Positions 10,033 through 18,483 of a stretch of DNA of 24,314 bases are shown piece by piece. The notes beneath the pieces are model-generated. The model ran no database searches. It was given only the letters and a program-made list of their open reading frames with translations, and had not been told where the DNA came from. The first letter of the stretch is position 1, and every line of letters begins with the position of its first letter. The DNA comes from a virus (Duplodnaviria > Caudoviricetes), in the IMG/VR virus record IMGVR_UViG_3300025652_000534, positions 1 to 24,314 of that record, one strand, 5' to 3'. A program made the position numbers and the translations under genes.

Positions 10033-11031
10033 TTAAACTACACGCTCTTCGCTGTTAAGCAGTGAGTCAGTTTCACGAATAGGAATACCGCGATAAGTCA
10101 TTACTTCCTTACCTTCGATTTCCATAGGCTTCAGACGAACAAAGCTGTCAGAGGCTCCGGCATTAGTTGCCAGTGCGTCTAGTGCTTCGAGCACGTCACG
10201 GTTACAGTAGATCGCCATATTGCCACCGGCAACACGACGCGTTTGCAACTTGTAGTAAGCCTTACGCAAGAAGTCATACAGAGCAACACTACCAGCTTGC
10301 ATGAGACTCACGTCAACGTTCGCAACGCGAGAGACATAGCGCCAGTCTTTAACCGCTAAACCAACATGCCAAGTGAATTTCTCCTCTTTGGCGTAGTAAG
10401 GGTTGTTGCTGCCATCGAGCACACGTTGACGACCCATGTCTTCGCGTTGAACGCCTGCCATCGTACCTTTTGGATACAACAGCTGACATTGATTATCGCC
10501 CCAGGTTACGAACCAGATCGACGTATTGTCGGATCCAGTACCACCGGCATCGATGATCTGATTGCCGTTTGGTGCGCTCAAGTCATTAAAGCGTGGAGTC
10601 AGACCCATGAACTCTTCAGGATCAGAAGCCGTGTTACCGTAGAACAGTTTGGTCGAAACTTCCTGGTTCATTGCTTCCAGGTAGCTCATCGCTTCACTCA
10701 GGCGTACTGCGCCTTCATTAGTCGAAAGACCCAACAGACGCTCATCAATAGTGCTTAAGCCTTCAACGAAACCAGTGGTGTCTTCAACTTGAGCCTTGCC
10801 AGATTTACTCTGAGCAATACCCTGGTACAGACGACCCCAGGCAACAGATGGTAGACCTGTGCGAACGGTGTGCAGGTGAGTTGTGCCCTTGTTACATTCG
10901 ACAGCAATAGCGTCGTCAAGAACAGGGTTCATTTCAGCAAGCATTTCGATAACTTCAATAAATTGACCGTTACCGTCTTGCAATTTGTATACGTCGATTA
11001 GATCGACAAAAGTGGCACCGAGAGTAGCCAT
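10033..11031 (-). CDS. Major capsid protein (BPP-1 Bbp17-like, HK97 fold)
   Basis: 332 aa with HLHTVRTGLPSVAW, LFYGNTASDPEEFMGL, GTGSDNTSIW, GLAVKDWRYVSRVANVD and RGIPIRETD motifs. Confidence 0.93.
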   Translation of the reverse strand: MATLGATFVDLIDVYKLQDGNGQFIEVIEMLAEMNPVLDDAIAVECNKGTTHLHTVRTGLPSVAWGRLYQGIAQSKSGKAQVEDTTGFVEGLSTIDERLLGLSTNEGAVRLSEAMSYLEAMNQEVSTKLFYGNTASDPEEFMGLTPRFNDLSAPNGNQIIDAGGTGSDNTSIWFVTWGDNQCQLLYPKGTMAGVQREDMGRQRVLDGSNNPYYAKEEKFTWHVGLAVKDWRYVSRVANVDVSLMQAGSVALYDFLRKAYYKLQTRRVAGGNMAIYCNRDVLEALDALATNAGASDSFVRLKPMEIEGKEVMTYRGIPIRETDSLLNSEERVV

Positions 11032-11046
11032 AATAGTATTACCTCA

Positions 11047-11688
11047 TTAAACGGGTGGGTATAAAACAGACAGTCGATCCTTTGGTGTTGTAGGAGGGGT
11101 TCCCCCACCGGGGTTGTCCTCTTTCATCAAAGCGCCGACGTTACGCATAGCGCGAATCATCTCAGGATGATTACCTATACCTGTCTCTTGTAGTAGTGCG
11201 TTGAGTGCTGGCGTTCCAATTTTCTCTAACGCTGATTGCGCAAGTGCGACAGTTTCGTCGAACTTCTCACCACCCATTTCTGGGTCAGCCTTAGATTGGT
11301 CGTGCCAGTCTTGCTTGAGCTGTTCGTATGCACCCGCTTGCTCCTCAAGTGTTTGCTGCACTAACCCAGCCGCGATATCAACGTACTTCTGCGCTTGTTC
11401 TTGGTTAAGGCCATCGGCTTTAAAAAGCTCGGTAGCACTCGCCATAGACTCCGCTTGAAGTTCCATCTCTTCCGGTAGGGTGAAATCAGCAAACGACCCA
11501 GGGGCAATGTCGCCTTCGGAACCGCTTTCTTCTGCCGGGGACTCCTCACCCGCAGCAGTAGAACTGTCATCAGCAGGCGTATCACCCGCTGGTGGTGTGT
11601 TTGTATCAGCAGGCGTATCAGCCGCTGGTGTTGCAGCAGGGGCGTCGCCCGTTGCTGGTGTTGCTACTACTTCTTCTTCAGGTGGCAT
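11047..11688 (-). CDS. Capsid scaffolding protein
   Basis: 213 aa. Acidic Pro/Ala-rich N-terminus, FKADGLNQEQAQ, TGIGNHPEMIR, C-terminal VLYP; directly upstream of the capsid gene. Confidence 0.85.
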   Translation of the reverse strand: MPPEEEVVATPATGDAPAATPAADTPADTNTPPAGDTPADDSSTAAGEESPAEESGSEGDIAPGSFADFTLPEEMELQAESMASATELFKADGLNQEQAQKYVDIAAGLVQQTLEEQAGAYEQLKQDWHDQSKADPEMGGEKFDETVALAQSALEKIGTPALNALLQETGIGNHPEMIRAMRNVGALMKEDNPGGGTPPTTPKDRLSVLYPPV

Positions 11689-11959
11689 TTGTCCAGTTCT
11701 CCGTTATCATTAGCGCAAATTTATCAGGTGCTGCTTCTTTCAATTTATCAACGAGCTCCACGGCATAACCGCGTCTCCCGCTGAAGTAAGCATTCAAATG
11801 GTCGTCTCGATCAAAAACTTCATTGAAATAGCCCATGTCATTTATCATGCCAAATATCATTCGGCGAGCATTCGCGTTCGATAATACCTCAGTGATCTCG
11901 GCTATTTCAATGTTTTCTGCATTTTCCGTGCCAACTTTGCCTTCATCACCGGGGATCAT
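11678..11959 (-). CDS. Bbp19-like protein
   Basis: 93 aa between portal and scaffold, with VLSNANARRMI...AYFSGRRGYA pattern. Confidence 0.7.
   Translation of the reverse strand: MIPGDEGKVGTENAENIEIAEITEVLSNANARRMIFGMINDMGYFNEVFDRDDHLNAYFSGRRGYAVELVDKLKEAAPDKFALMITENWTNAT
11918..11934 (-). promoter_or_regulatory. Sigma54 promoter box upstream of scaffold/capsid genes
   Basis: Minus strand TTGGCACGGAAAATGCA (GG-N10-GC, one mismatch at the -12 element). Confidence 0.65.
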
Positions 11960-13617
11960 GCTGCACCCGCGCCTTGCATCAAGGTGTCGATAGTGCCGCC
12001 TTCTGTCATGTCCACATCAGATACGGTTCTGGCAGTGTCGGCCATCTGTTGACCCTGCTCCATCGCCGCTTGTTGTGCTGCTGCCTGCTGCTCTGCTGCA
12101 ATGATCTGTTCAACTTCGTCATCGCTACGCACTACAGAAGGGTTCACACCCAATGCTTCAGCGTACTCATCGATCGCCTGAGCTTCATTAATCTTGTGGC
12201 GAGCGTTCGGCCATACTGCGGCCATGTTGCCAGCAAACGCGGTCAGCTGATCGATAGCACCGACAGCAACCATACGTTGCGCTTGTGCCAATACAGACAC
12301 GTACTCCACCTTGAGCTCACTGTTTTGCAGTGCTTCTGGGGGTGCAGGCAATACGCCGTTCGCTTGTAGGATGTCGAAGGTGCGGTCAATCAATGGATCC
12401 AGCAACTCGGTGTGAAGTCGTTCAAGCACCGGTCCCAGCATCAATAGTTTCTCTTCGTGCTTCTCAGCCACCTCGCGAGCGGTGATCTGCTTGCGGTCGC
12501 TGTTGGCCAGCATCAGGAACAGATCCTCATAGAATGCGCGCGATATACGCTGCTCTACTCGGTTGTTGATGCCTTCGATCGAGTTAAGGTCTGGGCGATC
12601 ATCATAAATCGACCGTAGTCCTGTCTGATCAGTCGTGGCAATCTTGTCACCAGCTCGAAGGTTCTTGGCTTTGCGGATTAGCGCGGCTGGGCCTTGTAGG
12701 GGTGGATCAACAACACGATCCAACGCCTGATACAGTCGGCGCTCACCGAGCTGTAATGTCTTAGTGTCACCCAGGCCTGTCATGCCTGGACAGTCTGTTG
12801 CGTAGATATCTTCACCGGTAACTTCCCAGCGAGGAGCCAGGATTGGAAAGGTATCAAAGCCGGACTGACGCAAAAATTGGTTGCTCTTCAGCGTGCTCGA
12901 GCCCACTTCATAGTAGACAGAGCGGTATTTCTTGTCCTTCGCCATAGGACTAATGTGGTCACGGTCGTCATTCGGTTCGATCAAGTGGACAATCTTCACA
13001 GCAGCTTCAGTGTTGCCCTTGTTCCATTGATCTTCCACGTGAGTACTACAGTTTTCAATACCGAACTCTTTCACGGTCTGACCGACGGTGTACTCATACT
13101 CGCGGTAGAACGTGTCCACCACGCTCATACCATTCATGCCGAGCATGTAGCTGCCCACCGTATAAGGGCGGCAACGGATCACACTGTCGAAGTCTTCAAA
13201 TACACCCATCGGAGCAGTGCCGAACACGCCCAATTCAGAATACACAGTGTGCAGCACGTTATACGTATTTGACTGCGCAAACACCTCATACATAATTTGC
13301 TGTACGCGGTGCAAGTATTGTGCAACATCGGCTTGCTCTTTCAGCCCAGGGTCAGACGTGCCCAGGCGAAACCATGGTCTAGCAGGCGAAGTGATACCCG
13401 CCATCATGCCTGACGCTAGTGTCCTGGAAGCAAGACGGCTTGCATTGTTAATTTGTTTGGTGTCGCGTCGATGGCCTTTGTTGTTATCTTCAACCAGGAA
13501 ACGCCCCCGGTGAGACAGATGGTAATCACTCAGGTCTCGATACAACGGAATGAAGGAAGACCGTTCTGAGCTCAGCATCTTTAATCGTTTGTTGAACGTC
13601 TGGACAGTCGGCTTCAT
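11956..13617 (-). CDS. Portal protein (head-tail connector, Bbp21-like)
   Basis: 553 aa with LASGMMAGITSPARPWF, FGTAPM, ITAREVAEKHEEKLLMLGPVLERL and VEYVSVLAQAQR motifs. Confidence 0.95.
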   Translation of the reverse strand: MKPTVQTFNKRLKMLSSERSSFIPLYRDLSDYHLSHRGRFLVEDNNKGHRRDTKQINNASRLASRTLASGMMAGITSPARPWFRLGTSDPGLKEQADVAQYLHRVQQIMYEVFAQSNTYNVLHTVYSELGVFGTAPMGVFEDFDSVIRCRPYTVGSYMLGMNGMSVVDTFYREYEYTVGQTVKEFGIENCSTHVEDQWNKGNTEAAVKIVHLIEPNDDRDHISPMAKDKKYRSVYYEVGSSTLKSNQFLRQSGFDTFPILAPRWEVTGEDIYATDCPGMTGLGDTKTLQLGERRLYQALDRVVDPPLQGPAALIRKAKNLRAGDKIATTDQTGLRSIYDDRPDLNSIEGINNRVEQRISRAFYEDLFLMLANSDRKQITAREVAEKHEEKLLMLGPVLERLHTELLDPLIDRTFDILQANGVLPAPPEALQNSELKVEYVSVLAQAQRMVAVGAIDQLTAFAGNMAAVWPNARHKINEAQAIDEYAEALGVNPSVVRSDDEVEQIIAAEQQAAAQQAAMEQGQQMADTARTVSDVDMTEGGTIDTLMQGAGAA

Positions 13618-13827
13618 CTAGGCACCCAATAGGACTTTGGTAGGAGCATTTGCAGCAGTAGTCGTGCCACGGGTGGAGGTCAAGATAGTACTGTTTCCTG
13701 ACTTGCCTTGACTCGCTCTGCGGCGACGCTTGTCTGTGTCACCGGCTGAAACGGGTTGTCCGTCAGGGGCTGTGGGCGCTTCAGGGAGTTGAGGTAGAAC
13801 TTTTGGTTTTGATTTACTGCCGCACAT
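13618..13827 (-). CDS. Small conserved pre-portal protein
   Basis: Likely ATG at 13827 (AGGTG RBS): MCGSKSKPK...STILTS...KVLLGA, the usual small gene between terL and portal. Confidence 0.75.
   Translation of the reverse strand: MCGSKSKPKVLPQLPEAPTAPDGQPVSAGDTDKRRRRASQGKSGNSTILTSTRGTTTAANAPTKVLLGA
13654..13670 (-). promoter_or_regulatory. Possible sigma54 promoter box upstream of portal
   Basis: Minus strand GTGGCACGACTACTGCT (GG-N10-GC), about 37 bp upstream of the portal ATG; lies inside a coding region. Confidence 0.45.
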
Positions 13828-13853
13828 ATTAGGCACCTGTAGAAGTGTGGGTA

Positions 13854-13870
13854 AGCAATAGTTGTGCCAA
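13854..13870 (-). promoter_or_regulatory. Sigma54 promoter heading the virion structural operon
   Basis: Minus strand TTGGCACAACTATTGCT in the intergenic gap after terL. Confidence 0.8.
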
Positions 13871-13890
13871 GTTTACCGCTGTGCTTGCAG

Positions 13891-15420
13891 TTAGTCTAGT
13901 GGGTTGTAATCGTGGTGGTCCTGCGTGCGCACACCCAGTGCCGCATCATCCATGCCGCGAGCTTCCTCACGCGGTGGTACTTCATAGGCAAACGTCAGTG
14001 CTAGAGCATCACCCCAGTCGGGCGACTTCAGTCCACGCTTCTTCATGGCGTCCTTCATCTCGAGCACGAGCTGATCCTTCCGGTTGTGGCTGTACTCTCG
14101 CCCAGTCAGGTCGCTTTCAAGCTCAGGGTCATCAGGTATGGACCCGCCTTTCATCAGCCATTCACGCATACGTGCCCACATCTCAGCAGCTTTGTTCACG
14201 TTGTACTTTGGTTGGTCAGCAGTAGAACCGAAGTTCACACCGATACAGTGATATCCCAGCTGGACCATACGGTCACAGATAGGTCCACCCAGGCCTGTTT
14301 CATCGATGAACATCACATCAGGACGGTGACGCTCGTATAATGTGGTTAACAGTGACACCACGCGCATAGAGTCGCGAGACTTCTCGCCAGGGATCCTATA
14401 CACCTTCTCACTCATGGCATCGCGACCGCGACGGAATTGAATCATACAGTTATCATCACCCCCGCGTGCTAGATCAACACCAGCGATGAGTGGATCATTG
14501 CCGACATACTGCCCAGCCCCTGCCTTCATTGCATTGAATACAACGTCAGCCGGTATAAACTGCATATCACTACCACGTGGGAACACACCACGCACACGCA
14601 CCCTGAAGAAGTCAGAGTCTTCACCCCAGTCATCTTCCCACTGTTTGATCAGTGTCTTGTTCGTCATCTTCGCCTTGCGGCTGTCGATCTGGCGTGTATT
14701 CCACCGGTGGGATGATCGACCGAAGCACTCACGGAAGCGCCCACTGTTACGCGTCGGGTTCCCGAACACGAAGAACATAGGCTCCCCATCAGTCAGTCCG
14801 CCTTCTGCTACTTCCCAAATCTTATTGGGTACAGCTGACGCTTCGTCAAAGATGTAAAAGGGGGTGGAGGATGCACTGTGTAAGCCTGCAAATGCTTCAC
14901 TGTTCTCTTCGCGACAGGTCTGAGCATCCACACGCCATGACTCAGCGTGATCACGGTGATACAGGGACATGGAGCCGCGACCGTTGTTGTACTCGAACCA
15001 GTGGCCAACAATACAGCGTGAACGCCATTTGCCTAACTCGCCCCAGGTCTTCGTTCGCAGCTGGTCAGAGGTGTTAGCCGTCACAATGCCTTTAGCGTGC
15101 GGTCGTGTGGCCATGATCCACAGTATCAACCACGCCGTTAACGCAGACTTGCCAATACCGTGGCCAGATGATGTCGCCTCTCTGATAGGCTCAACAGGTG
15201 CTACACCGTTGAACCCACGCCTGCGTACTTCCTCACCGATCTCGTTTAAGGTGTCGCGCTGCCATTCATCAGGACCATCAAAGCCTTCAAGCTCACCAAC
15301 GCCCCAGTCAAAGGCCCACATGACGAACCCAAGCGGATCAGCGTAGAACTGAGCCACATCGTCAGCCAGCAGCAATTCAATGCTACCTTCACCGGCAATC
15401 ATGGTTTGTTCGATACTCAA
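13891..15420 (-). CDS. terL: Terminase large subunit
   Basis: 509 aa. Walker A SGHGIGKS, Walker B YIFDEAS, motif III GNPTR, RNase H-like AGVDLARGGDD and SPDWGDALAL. Confidence 0.96.
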   Translation of the reverse strand: MSIEQTMIAGEGSIELLLADDVAQFYADPLGFVMWAFDWGVGELEGFDGPDEWQRDTLNEIGEEVRRRGFNGVAPVEPIREATSSGHGIGKSALTAWLILWIMATRPHAKGIVTANTSDQLRTKTWGELGKWRSRCIVGHWFEYNNGRGSMSLYHRDHAESWRVDAQTCREENSEAFAGLHSASSTPFYIFDEASAVPNKIWEVAEGGLTDGEPMFFVFGNPTRNSGRFRECFGRSSHRWNTRQIDSRKAKMTNKTLIKQWEDDWGEDSDFFRVRVRGVFPRGSDMQFIPADVVFNAMKAGAGQYVGNDPLIAGVDLARGGDDNCMIQFRRGRDAMSEKVYRIPGEKSRDSMRVVSLLTTLYERHRPDVMFIDETGLGGPICDRMVQLGYHCIGVNFGSTADQPKYNVNKAAEMWARMREWLMKGGSIPDDPELESDLTGREYSHNRKDQLVLEMKDAMKKRGLKSPDWGDALALTFAYEVPPREEARGMDDAALGVRTQDHHDYNPLD

Positions 15421-15887
15421 AAGAAGGTTTCTTGATCAGGATCAGCAGCAGCAGCGTTTCGCTCCCTGCCACGCTTCAGGCGCTCCAACAGTTCAGCATT
15501 GGTGTTCACTTCCACCTTCAACTCTTTCGCGACGAAGGCGTCAACCATCTTATGCTTGCCGATGTTGACCAGGGCAGCAGTAGAAGCGGGAATGTTGCCT
15601 TGCTGCCGTGATAACGCGTGATTGTCCACAAACTCATAGAGCAGCCACTCAGCATTGATTAGAGACAGGTCTGTGCGTTGTGAAAGGATATAGGCGACAG
15701 CTTGTTGAACGTGAGGCTTCTCGATCAACTGGGTGCCATAGTCAGGCGAATAGCCAGATGCCTCCGCCGCTCGACGCGGTGAGCAGTCTTTCATGTACTC
15801 ACTGACAAATAGTGCTTCCTTGAAGCTCAACTGAACATCAGGAACACTACCGTCAACGAGCTGGTGAGCTGATATGCGTTTCTTCAT
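15417..15887 (-). CDS. terS: Terminase small subunit
   Basis: 156 aa with the N-terminal HTH LSFKEALFVSEYMKDCSPRRAAEASGYS; ATGA-coupled to terL. Confidence 0.88.
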   Translation of the reverse strand: MKKRISAHQLVDGSVPDVQLSFKEALFVSEYMKDCSPRRAAEASGYSPDYGTQLIEKPHVQQAVAYILSQRTDLSLINAEWLLYEFVDNHALSRQQGNIPASTAALVNIGKHKMVDAFVAKELKVEVNTNAELLERLKRGRERNAAAADPDQETFF

Positions 15888-15905
15888 GTGCCGCAGTTTA
15901 ACCCT

Positions 15906-15922
15906 TTGGCACGGTCTTTGCT
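15906..15922 (+). promoter_or_regulatory. Sigma54 promoter box, antisense to the HNH-like gene
   Basis: TTGGCACGGTCTTTGCT, a full consensus match, in the terS/HNH gap. Confidence 0.75.
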
Positions 15923-16277
15923 AGAAGAATGAAACAGGTTTCCCGGTGTACAGGTTAGCCCACCGCAGATCACGATGGTCTCCATTGCGAAACTTCACAC
16001 GCCCTTCAGGGAACTCGCCTGTCATCTTCACCCATAACAGCTTGTTTAACGGGAACACCTTCCCCCTGACCTGTATACACCGCAACACATAAGACTCGTC
16101 CCAGGTGCCAGGGTAATACCTTATGGCCTCATGTCCAGCAGGCTGACCGGCAAACCGACGATTCCAACCCTTGCCAAAACGCTCATGCTTGAACTCCGAC
16201 AGGAGACGTTCTCGCCACGTCACCGAGCCGGTGATAGAGTCATAATTTATTAGCTTTGCAGCTTCGATATACTTCAT
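15921..16277 (-). CDS. HNH endonuclease-like protein, catalytically degenerate
   Basis: 118 aa. YDSITGSVTW...AG...LLWVKMTGEFPEGRVKFRNGDHRDLRWANL follows the phage HNH_3 pattern but lacks DH and DN. TAGGAGA RBS. Confidence 0.75.
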   Translation of the reverse strand: MKYIEAAKLINYDSITGSVTWRERLLSEFKHERFGKGWNRRFAGQPAGHEAIRYYPGTWDESYVLRCIQVRGKVFPLNKLLWVKMTGEFPEGRVKFRNGDHRDLRWANLYTGKPVSFF

Positions 16278-16318
16278 ACTTTTCTCCTATTTTCATTAAC
16301 TCTCTGAGGGAGTATCTA

Positions 16319-16699
16319 TGGGATACCTTTGAGACTATTTTCAGCCCTCCACCGGATAAATTTGCAACGTCGCGTTTTCTCTACCCTGTGACCCTGAAAA
16401 TGATATCAAAGGTATCCCACGATCGCTGTAGACCACTGATACTCTAACTCTTAACCATTATACCTTTGTGTTTCAAAGTATCCCAGAAAAAAAATAAAAG
16501 TAATAAGATCAACAAGTTAACTAGGTATACCTTTGCAATTCAAAGTATTCCAAGAGAATCAATGTATACCTAGTCAAACCCGCGCCCTGTCTACTTATTC
16601 CAAAACATGCCCTTGAACGCCCTTTCCTTATAACCAAAAACTCATGACACTCTGCTTTAAGTAACAACGCTAACCGATACCCTATAAAATCAAAGGTAT
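16319..16699. repeat. Array of inverted ATACCTTTG / CAAAGGTAT repeats (origin- or operator-like)
   Basis: TGGGATACCTTTGA at 16319-16332 and its exact inverse at 16406-16419, with variants at about 16459, 16473, 16525, 16540, 16677 and 16690. AT-rich and non-coding. Confidence 0.8.
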
Positions 16700-16702
16700 G
16701 AC

Positions 16703-16742
16703 AAAATAAATCCTTGACCCCCCCTCCATCACGTATTACAGT
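16703..16742 (+). promoter_or_regulatory. Sigma70-type early promoter
   Basis: A-rich UP element, TTGACC (16714-16719), 17-bp spacer, TACAGT (16737-16742), then AGGAGA RBS and ATG at 16768. Confidence 0.75.
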
Positions 16743-16767
16743 GTCTGACAAATCACAGGAGAACGCC

Positions 16768-16920
16768 ATGAAATACGCTCACTACTTCAAAACAAACAAG
16801 CAGCATTCAGTCACCATCAGCGACACCCCCAGACCGGTCGGCGTCGTTATCAAGGTGGCTAGTAAAACGGAAGCACGGGCAGTCGCTAAACAACACAACG
16901 CAAAAGCATGGAACTTTTAA
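16768..16920 (+). CDS. Hypothetical early protein (50 aa)
   Basis: TCACAGGAGAACGCC-ATG; first gene after the promoter. Confidence 0.8.
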   Translation: MKYAHYFKTNKQHSVTISDTPRPVGVVIKVASKTEARAVAKQHNAKAWNF

Positions 16921-16922
16921 TC

Positions 16923-17120
16923 ATGAGACGCCTAAGCAAATCAAAACTGTTAGCCCATGATCTCACCCTGGTAGCCACTCTGCTCGGTGCTAAGTTTTAC
17001 GTGCACCCGTGTCGGCTCACCCTGGTTATCGTCAAGGGACCGCGTGCAGGCATGACGGACCTTGTTGACCCACCCACCCGTGAAGAAGCAGAGTACTGGA
17101 TTCAGGAGTTAGAAGCGTGA
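16923..17120 (+). CDS. Hypothetical early protein
   Basis: ATG 2 bp after the previous stop; GTGA-coupled to the next gene. Confidence 0.65.
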   Translation: MRRLSKSKLLAHDLTLVATLLGAKFYVHPCRLTLVIVKGPRAGMTDLVDPPTREEAEYWIQELEA

Positions 17121-17407
17121 GTAAACTAAAAGCACTATCCAACAAGAACACCGTCACCCTGGTCTTCGGTGAATGGTTCGATAAGACTTACGGCAACACC
17201 TACTATGACGTCCTGGTGCTCATCGATGACCTTGAGTTCACCATTGCTTCACAGTACGGCTATAACGCAGGCGACAGGCAGAGCATCGACAACGCCCTGG
17301 CCGAGTGTGGTTATCGTGTACGAGTAAACAACGAGAACAAGTGGAGACCTTACGACCAACTCAACATCAGACATTCACAGAAGCTAAAACGGGAGCTATA
17401 CAAATGA
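17117..17407 (+). CDS. Hypothetical early protein
   Basis: 96 aa. AGGAG RBS; the WFDKTYGNTYY...QYGY motif recurs in small phage early proteins. Confidence 0.75.
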   Translation: MSKLKALSNKNTVTLVFGEWFDKTYGNTYYDVLVLIDDLEFTIASQYGYNAGDRQSIDNALAECGYRVRVNNENKWRPYDQLNIRHSQKLKRELYK

Positions 17408-17703
17408 GAGTTCAACAATTTATGTCCGAGTACAACAACCCAATTCCTAACCAGTTCATGATTGGAGGCACTGAGTGGATCGATGGTCAAGAGCACCACG
17501 GTGTGACGTTCCAGTCCTACGACGCTAAGATCGCCTTCAGGGACAACGACGGCAAGGTGTGGCTCGACGAGAAGTACTGGACCTACAGCCGCACCACTAG
17601 CAAGTGGCGCAACCGGTTTCTTAATAGCACGACCAAAGATACCCTGGCGAAGATCAAGAGTGGTGAGTACACACTGGCTAACCTGAATGGAGGTGCACGA
17701 TGA
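17404..17703 (+). CDS. Conserved phage early protein of unknown function
   Basis: ATGA overlap at 17404 with GGGAG RBS; PNQF, FQSYDAKIA, YSRTTSKWRNRFL and KIKSGEY motifs. Confidence 0.78.
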   Translation: MRVQQFMSEYNNPIPNQFMIGGTEWIDGQEHHGVTFQSYDAKIAFRDNDGKVWLDEKYWTYSRTTSKWRNRFLNSTTKDTLAKIKSGEYTLANLNGGAR

Positions 17704-18014
17704 GCACGCACACTATCGAGAAGCTGAAAGCTGCGCAGCTGAGCCTTAAGAAGCTAGAACGTGAGGCGAGTAAGACCCTCGACCAGCTAGTCGTTGCTAT
17801 TGCCATCAAGCAGATATGGCCGGAGGCATTCCAGGCTGGTAGCTGTAACCTACGCCGAGTAGGGTCCGGTGATGTTGGCCGCGAGGGTAGGCCCATTATC
17901 AAGAAGGCTTACCTCAGCCGTGCAGACGGTGAAACGCGTGATCTGACGAGCGAGGAGCTGTTACTCCTTGAGCCTGACACACTAATCAGTAGGAACTATG
18001 GGGTGAAGAGATGA
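17700..18014 (+). CDS. Hypothetical early protein
   Basis: 104 aa, GGAGGT RBS, ATGA coupling on both sides. Confidence 0.75.
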   Translation: MSTHTIEKLKAAQLSLKKLEREASKTLDQLVVAIAIKQIWPEAFQAGSCNLRRVGSGDVGREGRPIIKKAYLSRADGETRDLTSEELLLLEPDTLISRNYGVKR

Positions 18015-18442
18015 GCACTACTTATGGTATACGTTCGAACGGAGGATACTATGACATGTCCAAAACTGAGCGCGGTGCTAAGAGCTACGCAAAGCGCCAC
18101 GGCTTTGACGAGGTGTATGCACGACCTAACAATGGGTATGACCTGGACCTAGTAGCGGTTCGCATCAATGGCGAGTGGTGCCCACCAGAACACGTGTGGT
18201 ACATCTACATTACCGATCTGTTTGGGGGTGAGCTGAACTACACCTACAAGCGCCGATTCGTTGTACGTGCAGCTACCGAGCGTGGTGCCGTGTGCAAGGT
18301 GTCCAAGTACACCGGACTTCGTTTCAGAAATGAGTACGATGAGGTGTATCACTCCCGTAAGAAGCTGGTCGGGTTGGTGATTGAGTCTGCCGGGTATGAT
18401 GGTATATTGCACGACGAGTACTTTAACGCAGAGATCACATAG
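18011..18442 (+). CDS. Hypothetical early protein, apparently two fused modules
   Basis: 143 aa. TERGA motif occurs twice; TDLFGGELNY motif in the second half. Confidence 0.75.
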   Translation: MSTTYGIRSNGGYYDMSKTERGAKSYAKRHGFDEVYARPNNGYDLDLVAVRINGEWCPPEHVWYIYITDLFGGELNYTYKRRFVVRAATERGAVCKVSKYTGLRFRNEYDEVYHSRKKLVGLVIESAGYDGILHDEYFNAEIT

Positions 18443-18443
18443 T

Positions 18444-18483
18444 GTTTATCAGGTGATCTTCTCACGAGGGTCACCGAGTAAAC
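18444..18483 (+). other. Intergenic RNA stem-loop (processing site or terminator-like)
   Basis: GTTTATCAGGTGATCTTC-TCAC-GAGGGTCACCGAGTAAAC, with no U tract, just before the next RBS. Confidence 0.55.

Noticed and set aside
11560-11660. Repeated ATCAGCAGGCGTATCA
   Set aside because: Encodes the DTPAD low-complexity repeat of the scaffold N-terminus; ordinary.
2096-14430. Weaker GG-N10-GC matches near 2096-2112, 12217-12233 and 14414-14430, and a near-miss at 11837-11853
   Set aside because: Poor -12 elements and mid-gene positions; consistent with chance.
878-15568. Plus-strand ORFs opposite the structural genes
   Set aside because: Antisense shadows of well-supported minus-strand genes, with no RBS or motifs.
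16256-16769. ORFs 16256-16447 (+) and 16521-16769 (-)
   Set aside because: They lie across the repeat array and promoter, with no RBS and implausible composition.
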